DNA from: Anaeromyxobacteraceae bacterium
Lineage (GTDB): Bacteria; Myxococcota; Myxococcia; Myxococcales; Anaeromyxobacteraceae
Direction: 5' to 3'
Length of the DNA stretch: 64,000 nt
Assembly: GCA_032654565.1 (NCBI GenBank)
Contig: JAULAX010000009.1
Span: 160,001-224,000 of the forward strand
Position numbers and translations under genes: made by a program. Positions 17,727 to 35,009 of the stretch are shown here, piece by piece. Every line of letters starts with the position of its first letter. Positions within the stretch are counted from its first letter, which is position 1. The notes under the pieces are model-generated. The model was not told the origin of the DNA. It saw nothing but the letters and a program-made list of their open reading frames with translations, and made no database searches.

Positions 17727-18440
17727 TTACGGGTCAGGGCTCAGCTTCTCCAGCAGCGCCTTCAGCTCCGGGTCTTCGAAGAGCGCCTCGGCCCGCTGAC
17801 GCACCGCCCCGGCGGCGTCGCCGGCCCCGCTGGCCCCCTGGTCGAGCGCCGTCTTCAGGCCCGACCGCTCCAGCAGCCGGCTCCAGCCCGGGTCCTTGAG
17901 CAGCCGCTCCCGCTTGACCGGGTCGCGCCAGATGGCCACCAGCCGCTGCGCCGTGCGGGCCGACCCGGGGCTGGCCAGCGAGAGCAGGTCATGGCGCGCC
18001 GCCAGCGCCGCCGCCTTCGAGCCCCGGCTCTCCACCCGCAGCGGCCCCAGCGCCAGCCGGCCGCCCAGCAGCGCCAGCAGCGCCAGGAAGACCCAGCCCA
18101 CCAGCACCCCCTTGGCCACGCCCAGCAGGGCCCCCAGCAGGCGATCGAAGCCGCCGGGCGACTCCTCCTCCCCCTGGACGGCGCGGACGATGGCGCGGGC
18201 CAGCATGGCCACCAGCATCCAGGCCACCACGAAGGCGGCGCCGGTCACCAGCGCCCGGGTCAGGGCCGTGGGGGCGTGGAGCTGCTGCACCACCCGCGGG
18301 GCCAGGAAGCGGGCCGCCGCCCAGCCGGCCACCACCCCGGCCAGGGTCAGCACCTGGCGGAGCGCGCCGCTCACCGCGCCGGCCACCGCGGCCAGCAGCA
18401 CCAGCCCCAGCAGCGCCAGGTCGAGGGTCACCAGGGGCAC
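17727..18440 (-). CDS. CvpA (colicin V production) family membrane protein
   Basis: LD.ALL..G..SGALRQV, FDRLLGALLGVAKG; four TM helices. Confidence 0.85.
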   Translation of the reverse strand: MPLVTLDLALLGLVLLAAVAGAVSGALRQVLTLAGVVAGWAAARFLAPRVVQQLHAPTALTRALVTGAAFVVAWMLVAMLARAIVRAVQGEEESPGGFDRLLGALLGVAKGVLVGWVFLALLALLGGRLALGPLRVESRGSKAAALAARHDLLSLASPGSARTAQRLVAIWRDPVKRERLLKDPGWSRLLERSGLKTALDQGASGAGDAAGAVRQRAEALFEDPELKALLEKLSPDP

Positions 18441-18448
18441 GCGCCTCC

Positions 18449-19012
18449 CTACTTGATGCGGTAGTCGCCCTTGGGGCGGGACTTCTCCAGCTCGGCCTGG
18501 ACCAGCGCCAGCTGCTCCTTGAAGCGGACGTTGCCCGGCTCGTACATCAGGGCCCCCTTGAGGGCGCGCTCGGCGGCCTCCCAGCGCTGGGCGTTGATCT
18601 CGATGAGCGCCGCCGAGTAGAACTTCCGGCCGTTGGGGGTCTGGCCGAGCTGCTCCTCGACCTTGCGCTTCTGCTCGGCCTGCACCGCCGACTCCTCGAC
18701 CTCGGTGAAGCGCAGCTTCCTGGCCCGATCCGGGCCGGAGACGTCGGCCTGGTAGCGGACCCGCTTCTGGTCGTCGCGCAGCACCGTGTAGGCCTCGTTG
18801 ATGCGCCGGTAGATGCGGCCGATCATGTCACGCACCTCGGCGCTCTCCACCGTGGCGTAGCGATCGGGGTGGAAGGCGCGCGACTCCCGGTAGTAGGCGG
18901 CCTTGACGTCGGCGGCCCCGGCCCCGGGCTCCAGCTTGAGGACGCCGTAGTAGTCGAGCTGGTCGAGCACGGTGGCCAGGGTCTCGACCTCGATGAGGAA
19001 CTGCGCGTCCAT
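18449..19012 (-). CDS. J-domain co-chaperone with C-terminal TPR-like helices
   Basis: DYYGVLKL..VKAAYY..FHPDRY (HPD motif)..INEAYTVL; C-terminal A...LKGALMYEPGN. Confidence 0.88.
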   Translation of the reverse strand: MDAQFLIEVETLATVLDQLDYYGVLKLEPGAGAADVKAAYYRESRAFHPDRYATVESAEVRDMIGRIYRRINEAYTVLRDDQKRVRYQADVSGPDRARKLRFTEVEESAVQAEQKRKVEEQLGQTPNGRKFYSAALIEINAQRWEAAERALKGALMYEPGNVRFKEQLALVQAELEKSRPKGDYRIK

Positions 19013-19031
19013 GGCTGTCCCGTCGCCCCGC

Positions 19032-20636
<1,605 letters not shown>

Positions 20637-20638
20637 GG

Positions 20639-21688
20639 TCAGACGATACCCCAAGGACGGGGGACGAAGAGGGCTTCCCAGGTGGCCAGCGCGAAGCGGT
20701 CGGTCATCCCGGAGAGGAAGTCGGTGGCGGCCCGCTCCAGCGACTCGCCGGGCCGGGGCGCCACCCCGTGCCGGGCCTGCAGGCGGGCCCCGTCGGCCAG
20801 GCACCAGCCGAGCAGGTCGCGCAGGATGCGCTGCGCCTTGACGAACTCCTCGTGCACCTCGGGGTTCTCGTAGACCCGGGCGTAGAGGAAGTCGCGCAGG
20901 GTCAGCAGCGCCGCGTGGATGGGCGGGGAGAGCTCGATGTGCTCGGCCCGGTCGAGGTGGGAGTTGGCGATGACGTCGCCGATGAGCGTGGCCAGCCGCT
21001 GCGAGTGGCGCTGGCCCAGCACCTGGCGCACCTCGGCGGGCAGGTCGGCCTCGGTGAGCAGCCCGGCCCGCACCGCGTCGTCGAGGTCGTGGTTGACGTA
21101 GGCGATGACGTCGGCCAGCCGCACCACCTCGGCCTCCAGGGTCATGGCCTTGGTGCCGCTCCCCTTCATGAGCAGGTTCCCCCGCCCCTTGGAGTGGCGC
21201 AGGATGCCGTCGCGCACCTCGGCGGTGAGGTTGAGCCCGTGCCCGTCGCGCTCCAGCACCTCCACCACCCGCACCGACTGCAGGACGTGGTGGAAGCCGC
21301 CGGTCACGGTCTCGGCCAGCACCCGCTCGCCGGCGTGGCCGAACGGGGTGTGGCCGAGGTCGTGCCCCATCACCATGGCCTCCACCAGCATCTCGTTGAG
21401 CCGCAGGGCGCGGGCGATGGAGCGGCCCACCTGCGCCACCTCCAGGGTGTGGGTGAGCCGGTTGCGGTAGTGGTCGCCGCGCGGCGCCAGGAAGACCTGG
21501 GTCTTGCCGGCCAGCCGGCGGAAGCTCTTGCAGTGGAGCACCCGGTCGCGGTCGCGCTGGTAGACCGGCCGCTCGTCGTCCTCCGGCTCGGGCACGGCCC
21601 GGCCGCGGCTCTCCGCCGAGCGGGCCGCCCGGGCGTGGAGGGTCTGCGCCTCCTGCTCCTCCAGCATGGCTCGGATGGTGGGCGGCAT
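20639..21688 (-). CDS. dgt: Deoxyguanosinetriphosphate triphosphohydrolase-like HD protein
   Basis: QRDRDRVLH..FRRL..KTQVF, RNRLTHTLEV, HDLGHTPFGHAGE, DFLSGMTD. Confidence 0.92.
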   Translation of the reverse strand: MPPTIRAMLEEQEAQTLHARAARSAESRGRAVPEPEDDERPVYQRDRDRVLHCKSFRRLAGKTQVFLAPRGDHYRNRLTHTLEVAQVGRSIARALRLNEMLVEAMVMGHDLGHTPFGHAGERVLAETVTGGFHHVLQSVRVVEVLERDGHGLNLTAEVRDGILRHSKGRGNLLMKGSGTKAMTLEAEVVRLADVIAYVNHDLDDAVRAGLLTEADLPAEVRQVLGQRHSQRLATLIGDVIANSHLDRAEHIELSPPIHAALLTLRDFLYARVYENPEVHEEFVKAQRILRDLLGWCLADGARLQARHGVAPRPGESLERAATDFLSGMTDRFALATWEALFVPRPWGIV

Positions 21689-21727
21689 CGGTCTCCCCTG
21701 ACGTTCTAGCCGCCGGGGCCGCCCCTG

Positions 21728-22579
21728 TCACGGGTAGAAGGAGCGCTCCAGGGTGAGGATCAGCAGGTTGGAGAGGGCGTGGGCCACCACCGGGGCCACC
21801 ACCGACCCGGTCCGGGCCCGCAGCCAGCCGAAGAGCAGCCCGGGGAAGAAGGTGGCGAGGCGCCAGGGCTGGCCGGAGACCAGGTGGCCGGCGGCGAAGA
21901 GGGCCTGGGTGGCGAAGAAGCCGTGGCCGAGCCGCGCCCCCAGCACCGTCCAGCCGCGCTCCGGCGCGAGCCGCGCCCAGGCGGTCTGCAGCCAGCCCCG
22001 GTAGAAGAGCTCCTCCGGCAACGCCACCACCAGCAGCTGGAGCGCCACGGTGAGCAGCAGCGGGTCGGGCAGCCGCAGCGCGAAGGCCGGCGCGCCCAGG
22101 TAGGGGGAGAGGACCGCCGCCAGGCCGGGCGGGAGCCGCGGCACCAGCGCGGTGAAGCCGAGCCAGGCCGCCACGAAGGGGGGGAAGACCACGGCGCAGC
22201 AGAGCAGCCCCTGCCAGGCCCCGCGCCCCACCCCCCACCCCTCGCGCCCGCCCCCCCCGGAGGCGAGGAAGCCGGCGCCGTACCCCTCCCACCCCTCGCC
22301 GCGAGCCCGCAGCCAGCGCTCCGGCAGGAGCACGAAGAGGACCGCGGCCACTCCGGCCAGGTTGCCGGCCAGCAGCCCGGTCGGGTCGACCAGGGAGAGG
22401 AGGCGGGCCAGCAGGAGGCCGCCCAGCGCCAGGGCCCAGGTGGCGACCAGCGCGCCGGGGCCGTAGCCGGGGCCCGTGCCGGAACCGCCGCCAGACCCGA
22501 CGCTGGGCCCGGGTCGGTGACCGGCGGGCAGGGGTGGGGGTGGGGGCTGCTCGGAAAGGGGCACGAGCCCGAATCGCAC
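21728..22579 (-). CDS. CPBP-family glutamic intramembrane protease, myxosortase-like
   Basis: QLLVVALPEELFYRG (EExxxR), ALFAAGH, RLATFFPGLLFGWLRARTGS, HALSN. The myxosortase call is inferred from motif likeness and the adjacent MYXO-CTERM protein. Confidence 0.85.
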   Translation of the reverse strand: MRFGLVPLSEQPPPPPLPAGHRPGPSVGSGGGSGTGPGYGPGALVATWALALGGLLLARLLSLVDPTGLLAGNLAGVAAVLFVLLPERWLRARGEGWEGYGAGFLASGGGGREGWGVGRGAWQGLLCCAVVFPPFVAAWLGFTALVPRLPPGLAAVLSPYLGAPAFALRLPDPLLLTVALQLLVVALPEELFYRGWLQTAWARLAPERGWTVLGARLGHGFFATQALFAAGHLVSGQPWRLATFFPGLLFGWLRARTGSVVAPVVAHALSNLLILTLERSFYP

Positions 22580-22699
22580 GCGCCGGAAGGGGCGTCAACG
22601 CCCCTCTCGACGTGTGCGCGCCGCGACCACACCGGGGCCACCGTGGGGGAGGGCCGCTGCCGGTGGCGTGGTACGCTGACGCCCCGAGGAGAGACCGAC

Positions 22700-28193
<5,494 letters not shown>

Positions 28194-28210
<17 letters not shown>

Positions 28211-28574
28211 CCGCCTCGTCCACCAGGGCCAGCGCCTCGGCCGGGTCGAAGGGCTTCTTGAGCAGGTGATCGGCGCCGATGCGCCGGTACATCTCCCGCT
28301 CGCCGTCGCCGAGGCGGGAGCTCATCAGCACCAGGAAGGCCTTCTTCCAGTGCGGGTGGCTCTTCACCACCCGGCAGACGTCGGCGCCGTTGAGCCTGGG
28401 CATGTAGACGTCCACCAGCAGGGCGTCGGGGCGGACCTCGGCCAGGCGCTGGAAGACCTCCTCGCCGTCGGCGGCGGTGATCACCTCCCAGCCCGAGGCC
28501 TCGAAGGTGGCGGCCAGCGCGTCGACCATGGCGCGGGAGTCGTCGGCGATCAGGAGTCTCTTGGGGGTGGCCAC
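28194..28574 (-). CDS. Single-domain response regulator (receiver)
   Basis: LLIADDS, PDALLVDVYMPRLNG, LMSS, KKPF. GTG start at 28574 avoids overlap with gltX. Confidence 0.9.
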
Positions 28575-28581
28575 CGGCTTC

Positions 28582-28608
28582 GTTATACCCTGCGCCCCGT
28601 GGTAGATC
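28582..28608. promoter_or_regulatory. Back-to-back -10 elements for the receiver gene (TATAAC, minus) and gltX (TGnTAGATC, plus)
   Basis: Hexamers lie 7 and 9 nt from the start codons; neither gene has an SD. Confidence 0.5.
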
Positions 28609-28617
28609 ACGCGCGTC

Positions 28618-30033
28618 ATGATCGCCCCGCGCGTCCGCTTCGCCCCCTCCCCCACCGGCTACCTCCACCTCGGCGGCGCCCGCACCGCGCTCTTCAACTG
28701 GCTCTACGCCCGGCGCCACGGCGGCACCTTCGTGCTCCGCATCGAGGACACCGACCGGGAGCGCTCCACCCAGGTGGCGGTGGAGGCCATCCTCGAGGGG
28801 ATGCGCTGGCTCGGCCTCGACTGGGACGAGGGGCCCGGCGCCGGCGGCCCCCACGGCCCGTACTTCCAGACCGAGCGGCTCGACGTCTACCGGGCCCACG
28901 CCGACCGGCTCATCGCCGAGGGCAAGGCCTACGCCTGCACCTGCACCCGCGAGGCGCTCGACGTGCTGCGCAAGCAGGCCGAGGCCGAGAAGCGCCAGTT
29001 CCGCTACCCCGGCACCTGCCGCGGCAAGCCCTACGACCCCTCGCAGCGCCACGTCATCCGGCTCATCGTCCCGGAGACCGGCGCCACCAGCTTCGACGAC
29101 CTGGTCAAGGGGACCATCAGCACCCCCCACGACACGCTCCAGGACGAGGTCATCCTGCGCGGCGACGGCATGCCGCTCTACAACTTCGGGGCGGTGGTGG
29201 ACGACGTCACCATGGAGATCAACCTGGTGGCCCGCGGCGACGACCACGTCAACAACACCGCCCGCCAGATCCTCATCTACCAGGCGCTCGGCTACCCGGT
29301 GCCGGCCTTCGCCCACCTGCCCATGATCCTGGGCGCCGACAAGACCCGGCTCTCCAAGCGCCACGGCGCCACCAACCTGATGTCCTACAAGGACATGGGC
29401 TTCATGCCCCAGGCCCTGGTCAACTACCTGGTCCGCCTCGGCTGGTCGCACGGCGACCAGGAGATCTTCACGCTCGAGGAGCTGGTGGCGGTCTTCGACT
29501 GGAAGCAGGTGGGGGCCACCGCCGGGGTCTTCAACCCCGACAAGCTGCTCTGGGTGAACCACCAGTGGCTGCGGGCCCTCTCCGACGACGCCCTGGCCGC
29601 CGGCGCGCTCCCCTACTTCGCCGCCGCCGGGCTCCCGGTGGCCGACGACCAGAAGCTCCGGCTGGTGGTCCGCCAGCTCCGCGAGCGGGCCAAGAGCTTC
29701 GTGGAGATCGTCCAGCAGGCCCGCTGCTTCTACGCCCCCATCCAGCTCGACGAGAAGGCCCGGGCCAAGCAGCTCACCGCCGACGCCCAGCCGCTGCTGC
29801 GCTCGGTCCGCGACGGCGTGGCCGGCATGGAGGCGATGGAGCTGCCGACGCTGGAGCGGCTCTTCGCCGAGGTGGCGGAGCGGGCCGGCGTCGGCCTCGG
29901 CAAGGTGGCCCAGCCGGTGCGCGTGGCGCTGACCGGGAGCACCGCCTCGCCGGGGATCCACGACGTGGTGCAGATTCTCGGCAAGGCCGAGACCCTGGCC
30001 CGGCTGGACGCCGCCCTGGCCCTGATCGGCTGA
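28618..30033 (+). CDS. gltX: Glutamate--tRNA ligase
   Basis: RFAPSPTGYLHLGG (HIGH), LRIEDTD, RGDDH, RLSKRHGA (KMSKS), anticodon domain PVRVALTG. Confidence 0.96.
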   Translation: MIAPRVRFAPSPTGYLHLGGARTALFNWLYARRHGGTFVLRIEDTDRERSTQVAVEAILEGMRWLGLDWDEGPGAGGPHGPYFQTERLDVYRAHADRLIAEGKAYACTCTREALDVLRKQAEAEKRQFRYPGTCRGKPYDPSQRHVIRLIVPETGATSFDDLVKGTISTPHDTLQDEVILRGDGMPLYNFGAVVDDVTMEINLVARGDDHVNNTARQILIYQALGYPVPAFAHLPMILGADKTRLSKRHGATNLMSYKDMGFMPQALVNYLVRLGWSHGDQEIFTLEELVAVFDWKQVGATAGVFNPDKLLWVNHQWLRALSDDALAAGALPYFAAAGLPVADDQKLRLVVRQLRERAKSFVEIVQQARCFYAPIQLDEKARAKQLTADAQPLLRSVRDGVAGMEAMELPTLERLFAEVAERAGVGLGKVAQPVRVALTGSTASPGIHDVVQILGKAETLARLDAALALIG

Positions 30034-30086
30034 GCGCGGCCCTCGTCCCCGGGCTCGAAGGCCGCGCCGGTGGCTCGCGCCGACCG

Positions 30087-30650
30087 CTACCAGGCGGCGA
30101 TCAGCGCCGCCGCGCCGAAGGCGAAGAAGAGCCCGGCCGCCACCCAGCGGACCTGCTTCAGCTGCACCCGGGCCGCCAGCCGCTCGCCGAGGAAGACCGC
30201 CAGGCCGTCGGCCGCCAGCATGCCGGCGGTGGTCCCCACCGTCACCGCCACCACCGAGCTGAACCGGGCCGCCAGCGCCACCGTGGCGAGCTGCGTCTTG
30301 TCCCCCATCTCGGCGAGGAAGAAGAGGACCGTGGTGGTGAGGAACGGGCCGAAGCGGTCGGGGGCGCGCCCCTCCTCCAGGGTGTCGGGCTTGAGCGTCC
30401 AGAGCCCGAAGCCGATGAAGGTGGCCCCCAGCAGCGCCGCCATGACCCGGGGAGGGACCTGGGCGGCGATCCAGCTCCCCGCCCAGGCGGCCAGGGCGTG
30501 GTTGAGGACGGTGGCCAGCAGGATGCCGCCCATCACCGTCCAGGGGCGGCGGTAGCGGGCCGCCAGCGAGAAGGCCAGCAGCTGCGTCTTGTCGCCCATC
30601 TCGCTGGCGGCGACCAGCAGGAAGCTGCTGGCGATGGTCTCGAGGCTCAC
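30087..30650 (-). CDS. UPF0016/TMEM165/GDT1-family Mn2+/Ca2+ transporter
   Basis: Two EMGDKTQL motifs; GTG start at 30650 after GGGAG. Confidence 0.93.
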   Translation of the reverse strand: MSLETIASSFLLVAASEMGDKTQLLAFSLAARYRRPWTVMGGILLATVLNHALAAWAGSWIAAQVPPRVMAALLGATFIGFGLWTLKPDTLEEGRAPDRFGPFLTTTVLFFLAEMGDKTQLATVALAARFSSVVAVTVGTTAGMLAADGLAVFLGERLAARVQLKQVRWVAAGLFFAFGAAALIAAW

Positions 30651-30796
30651 GCGGCGCTCCCGGGGGCGGTGGGGGTGGCGGTGATATCTGGCCCCGCGGG
30701 CGCGGTCAATCGCCGCCCCCTGCGCCCCCGCCGGAAGCTGGACTTCCACCCGGGGCGGGGGTTTGCTCCGCGCCATCCCGAGAGGAGCAGACCCCG

Positions 30797-33790
30797 ATGC
30801 CGTCGATCCCCGATGAACCGCTGGAGCGGACCGTCCACGCCAACAGCCGCTGGCTGCGCCAGGCCATGGCGCCCTACTTCTTCGCCGCCATGCAGGACGA
30901 GCCGGAGGCCATCGCCAACCTGGAGCGCGGCCTCGGCACGCTGAAGACCAACCAGCACCTGATCCTGGCCGACCGGCCCAACGCCCTCATCCTGGCCGCG
31001 CCCAACACCCCGGGCTCGCTCTACCGGACCATCACCCTGGGGGCCGGCTCGCAGCGTGCCATCTCCTACGCCATGTTCGCCCACTCCGACCGGCCCATGC
31101 CCGGGCTGGACGCCTCGCTGGAGATCCAGCGCTTCGAGTTCGACTGCAAGACCGACGCCTGGGTCAAGGAGCGGCTGGCCGCCGGCGTGGCGGTGCCGCG
31201 GAACATCCGCGACTCGGTGGCCATGGCCATGCACGCCGAGTACCGCGACTTCGACATGGGCGAGCTGGACCGGCTGCTCGGCCTCTTCTGGCTCTGCAAC
31301 CAGGCCTACACCCGGGTCTCGCCGCCTCGCCGCGTCGCCCAGACCCTGCGGCTGCTGCAGCTCTGCGAGCGGGCCGGCGGCCTCCACCTCGACGTCGAGG
31401 CCACCCGCGACGACTCCGGCCTGACCCGGGTCTCCTTCGCGGTGGCCAGCCCGCCCCACCGCGGCTTCCTGGCCCAGCTGCTCGAGGTGCTCAACCGCCT
31501 CGACCTCGGCGTCACCCGGGCCTACGTGCTCGACATCTCCAGCGGCGTCCGCCCGTATGCCCTCTGCACCTTCTACGTCTACCCGCGGAAGGGCGGGCGG
31601 CTGGTGGTCGGCTCGCCCCTGCACCGCCAGCTGGAGCGGGAGCTGTTCAACACCCAGCTCCTGCGCACCGGCTCGCCGGAGTACCGGGAGCTGGTGACCA
31701 CCGGCGTGCTCAGCGGCGAGGACGCCTCGCTGGTGCGGGCCTTCGTGGCCTTCTGCCACACCAACCTGGCCCACGCCCAGCCCGACCGCTTCGACTGGGA
31801 GGAGGTGCGCAACGCCTTCCACGCCAACCCGCAGATGGCGCTGATGCTCACCGGGCTCTTCCGGGCCCGCTTCGACCCCTCGGTGAAGGGACGGGAGAAG
31901 GCCTGGCCGGCGCAGCTGGCCGCCGCCGAGAAGCGGGTGCGCGACTACAACACCGGCCACCGCCACCTCGACGACGTGCGGCGCGACGTCTTCCGCTGCG
32001 CCCTGGCCCTCATCAAGCACACCCTCAAGACCAACTTCTTCGTGCTGCAGAAGCAGGCCTTCTCCTTCCGGCTCGACCCGGCCTACCTGGCCGAGCTGGG
32101 GCCGGCCTTCACCTCCGACCTGCCGCCGGCCACGCCGTTCCGGGTCACCTTCTTCTTCACCCGCTACGGCTTCGGCTACCACATCGGCTTCTCCGACATC
32201 GCCCGCGGCGGCTGGCGCACCGTGGTCTGCCGCACCGACGACGACTTCCTCACCAACGCCGCCACCCTCTTCCGCGAGAACTTCGTGCTGGCCCACACCC
32301 AGCACTTCAAGAACAAGGACATCTACGAGGGCGGCTCCAAGCTGGTGATGCTCATGGACGCCTCCGCCCTGGAGGACGCCGAGCGGGACCAGGAGACCAT
32401 CCGGCTCCACAAGCTGCAGCGGGGGGTCATCAACGCCTTCCTCGACATCTTCGTCACCGCCGGAGGGGTGGCGCGCGACCCCGCGGTGGTCGACTACTAC
32501 CGGGAGGACGAGCCCATCGAGCTGGGCCCCGACGAGAACATGCACGACGGGATGATCGAGGAGATCGCCGCCCTCTCCAAGCAGCGCGGCTACCTGCTCG
32601 GCATCGGGGTGATGTCCTCCAAGGAGGTGGGCATCAACCACAAGGAGTACGCGGTCACCTCCACCGGGGTGGTCACCTTCGCCGAGATCGCCATGAAGGA
32701 GCTGGGCGTCGACGTCCGCCGCCGGCCGGTCAGCGTCAAGGTCACCGGCGGCCCCAACGGCGACGTGGCCGGCAACGCCATGGCCATCATCCTCAAGCGC
32801 TGGCCCAAGGCCCAGCTGCGGCTCATCCTCGACGGCACCGCGGCGCTGGTCGATCCCGAGGGGGCCGACCGGACCGAGCTGTCGCGGATCCTCCTCAAGG
32901 CGGACCTCGACGCCTTCGACCCCCGGGCCCTCCACCGCGGCGGGTTCATGCTCTTCCGCTCCGGCACCCGCAAGGACGGGCTGCGCCAGCTGCACCGCAA
33001 GGTCACCCGCACCGCCCGCGGCCTCCAGGAGGAGTGGATCTCCATCGACGACTTCTCCCGCGCCTTCGGCTCGCTCCCCTTCACCGTGGAGGCCGACCTG
33101 TTCATCCCCGGGGGCGGCCGGCCCGAGACCATCGACGGCCGCAACTGGGCGCAGTACCTGCTGGCCGACGGCCGGCCCTCGTCGCGGGCCATCGTCGAGG
33201 GGGCCAACTCCTACATCACCCCCGAGGCCCGGGTGCAGCTGCAGAAGAAGGGGGTGCTGCTGCTGCGCGACGCCTCGGCCAACAAGTGCGGGGTGATCTC
33301 CTCCTCCTACGAGATCATCGCCAACCTGATGCTCACCGAGGAGGAGTTCCTCGAGCACAAGCAGCGGTACGTCAAGGACGTGCTGGCCATCCTGGTGCGC
33401 CGCGCCGCCGACGAGGCCAACCTGATCATGGCGCGCCGCCGCCAGCAGGGGCTGCCGGGGACCGAGATCTCCGACCACATCAGCGGCGAGATCAACGCCA
33501 ACTACGCCCGGCTCTTCAGCTTCTTCCAGGCCCGCCCCGGGCTGGCCGCCGAGCCGCTCTTCCGCGCCGCCCTCCTCTCCCACCTCCCCGCCCTGCTCCG
33601 CGAGGACCGCCGCTTCCGCAAGCGGGTGGACCGTTTGCTCCCCAAGTACCGCTCCGCCATCCTGGCCGCCGAGATCGGCTCCTCGATGGTCTACCGCGGC
33701 AACCCCGACGCCGAATTCGAGGATATGCTCCGCCTTCACATGGAGCGGAACTTCAGCCCCACGCCGGCTCGCCCGGCGCGGCCCCGTTGA
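30797..33790 (+). CDS. Large NAD-specific glutamate dehydrogenase (about 1000-aa type)
   Basis: ARGGWR, KNKDIYEGGSK, GPDEN, GINHKEYAVTS, GGPNGDVAGN, EGAN, DASANKCGVISSSYE. Confidence 0.88.
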   Translation: MPSIPDEPLERTVHANSRWLRQAMAPYFFAAMQDEPEAIANLERGLGTLKTNQHLILADRPNALILAAPNTPGSLYRTITLGAGSQRAISYAMFAHSDRPMPGLDASLEIQRFEFDCKTDAWVKERLAAGVAVPRNIRDSVAMAMHAEYRDFDMGELDRLLGLFWLCNQAYTRVSPPRRVAQTLRLLQLCERAGGLHLDVEATRDDSGLTRVSFAVASPPHRGFLAQLLEVLNRLDLGVTRAYVLDISSGVRPYALCTFYVYPRKGGRLVVGSPLHRQLERELFNTQLLRTGSPEYRELVTTGVLSGEDASLVRAFVAFCHTNLAHAQPDRFDWEEVRNAFHANPQMALMLTGLFRARFDPSVKGREKAWPAQLAAAEKRVRDYNTGHRHLDDVRRDVFRCALALIKHTLKTNFFVLQKQAFSFRLDPAYLAELGPAFTSDLPPATPFRVTFFFTRYGFGYHIGFSDIARGGWRTVVCRTDDDFLTNAATLFRENFVLAHTQHFKNKDIYEGGSKLVMLMDASALEDAERDQETIRLHKLQRGVINAFLDIFVTAGGVARDPAVVDYYREDEPIELGPDENMHDGMIEEIAALSKQRGYLLGIGVMSSKEVGINHKEYAVTSTGVVTFAEIAMKELGVDVRRRPVSVKVTGGPNGDVAGNAMAIILKRWPKAQLRLILDGTAALVDPEGADRTELSRILLKADLDAFDPRALHRGGFMLFRSGTRKDGLRQLHRKVTRTARGLQEEWISIDDFSRAFGSLPFTVEADLFIPGGGRPETIDGRNWAQYLLADGRPSSRAIVEGANSYITPEARVQLQKKGVLLLRDASANKCGVISSSYEIIANLMLTEEEFLEHKQRYVKDVLAILVRRAADEANLIMARRRQQGLPGTEISDHISGEINANYARLFSFFQARPGLAAEPLFRAALLSHLPALLREDRRFRKRVDRLLPKYRSAILAAEIGSSMVYRGNPDAEFEDMLRLHMERNFSPTPARPARPR

Positions 33791-33842
33791 CCTTCCGCGG
33801 ACGCACCGACACCGCCGGCCTGCCCGGCGAAGGAGCACTCGC

Positions 33843-35009
33843 ATGATCGCCGCCCTCATCCTCGCCACCCTGGCCGCGGCCCCCGGCCGCCCCCCGCAGG
33901 CTGGCGTCGAGCCCGCCCACGCCCCGGCCGAGGCGGCGCTGCTGCGCACCGCCTACCCCGACTACGACGAGGCGTCGGGCCGGCTCGGCCACGGCGAGGG
34001 GGTCCTGGTGGGGCGCAGCTCGGCCTGCCAGGAGACCGGCCTCTGCTTCCTGGCGGTGGCGGCCAGCGACGGCCGTGCCGGCGCCGAGGGCGGCGGCCAC
34101 GCCTGGAGCACCTTCTTCGCCTTCCGGCCGGTCGCGGGGGGCTGGGTCGAGGAGGGGACCGCCGCCGGCCCGGTCATCAGCGCCGTGGGGCGCTGGCTCA
34201 TCGGCGTCTCGGTGCTCATCGACGGGGACGGCCCGTTCGTCGCGGTCTCCGCCGCCACCGGCGGCGGCGAGGACGGCGAGGGGACCGCCACCCACCTCTG
34301 GGCCTGGGCGGGAAGGAAGTTCCTGCCGGTGCTCACCGCCGCCACCACCAGGCAGGGGAAGCTGGAGTCGGAGGCCAGCTTCACGCTGTGCGTCGACCGG
34401 CCCGAGGACCGGCCCAGCTGGGAGCTGCGCTCCAAGGAGCGCGAGGGGCGCGGTAAGTGGACCGAGACCCGGACCCGCGTGCTCTGGAACGGCCAGGCCT
34501 GGGTGGAGCGGCCGGCCGACAAGGCGTGCCTCGAGCGGACCGGCGCCGCAGCGGTGGCCTCGGCCACGGCGGCCTCGACGCTGAAGGTCACGTCGGCCTC
34601 GGCCTCGAAGACGGCGGTCGCCCCCAAGGGCCAGCCGAGCGCCACCGCCCCGTCCAACGCCATCGATGGCAACAAGCAGACCGCCTGGGTGGCGGGGGGC
34701 AAGGGCGGCGGGGTCGGGGAGTGGCTGCAGGTCGACCTGGCCGCCCCATCGGTGCTCGGCTCGGTGCAGCTGATCGCCACCTGCCCCGGCGCCGACTGGA
34801 GGGCCAGCCCCCGGGTGAAGAAGCTGCGGCTCCGCTTCGAGGACGGCCCGGCCCAGGAGGAGACCCTGGCCGACGTGCAGTCCTCCCAGTCGATCATCGT
34901 CAAGCGCAAGACGCCCGCCAGGTGGCTCCGCGTCGAGCTGGTCGAGCTCTACCGCGGCGCCAAGAAGCAGGACGCCTGCCTCACCGAGGTCACGCCCCAG
35001 GCCCGCTGA
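33843..35009 (+). CDS. Secreted protein with C-terminal discoidin/F5-8-like glycan-binding domain
   Basis: Signal peptide; NAIDGNKQTAW..G.GEWLQV..RVKKLRL..WLRVELVELY.G..DACLTEV. Confidence 0.72.
   Translation: MIAALILATLAAAPGRPPQAGVEPAHAPAEAALLRTAYPDYDEASGRLGHGEGVLVGRSSACQETGLCFLAVAASDGRAGAEGGGHAWSTFFAFRPVAGGWVEEGTAAGPVISAVGRWLIGVSVLIDGDGPFVAVSAATGGGEDGEGTATHLWAWAGRKFLPVLTAATTRQGKLESEASFTLCVDRPEDRPSWELRSKEREGRGKWTETRTRVLWNGQAWVERPADKACLERTGAAAVASATAASTLKVTSASASKTAVAPKGQPSATAPSNAIDGNKQTAWVAGGKGGGVGEWLQVDLAAPSVLGSVQLIATCPGADWRASPRVKKLRLRFEDGPAQEETLADVQSSQSIIVKRKTPARWLRVELVELYRGAKKQDACLTEVTPQAR

Noticed and set aside
20639..21688. dGTPase as an anti-phage defence system
   Set aside because: Short housekeeping-type Dgt in a core-looking operon with no defence-island neighbours.
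30651..30796. yybP-ykoY manganese riboswitch upstream of the UPF0016 gene
   Set aside because: No recognisable conserved riboswitch elements. A TTGACC-N17-TATCAC promoter-like sequence lies too close to the start to leave room for one.
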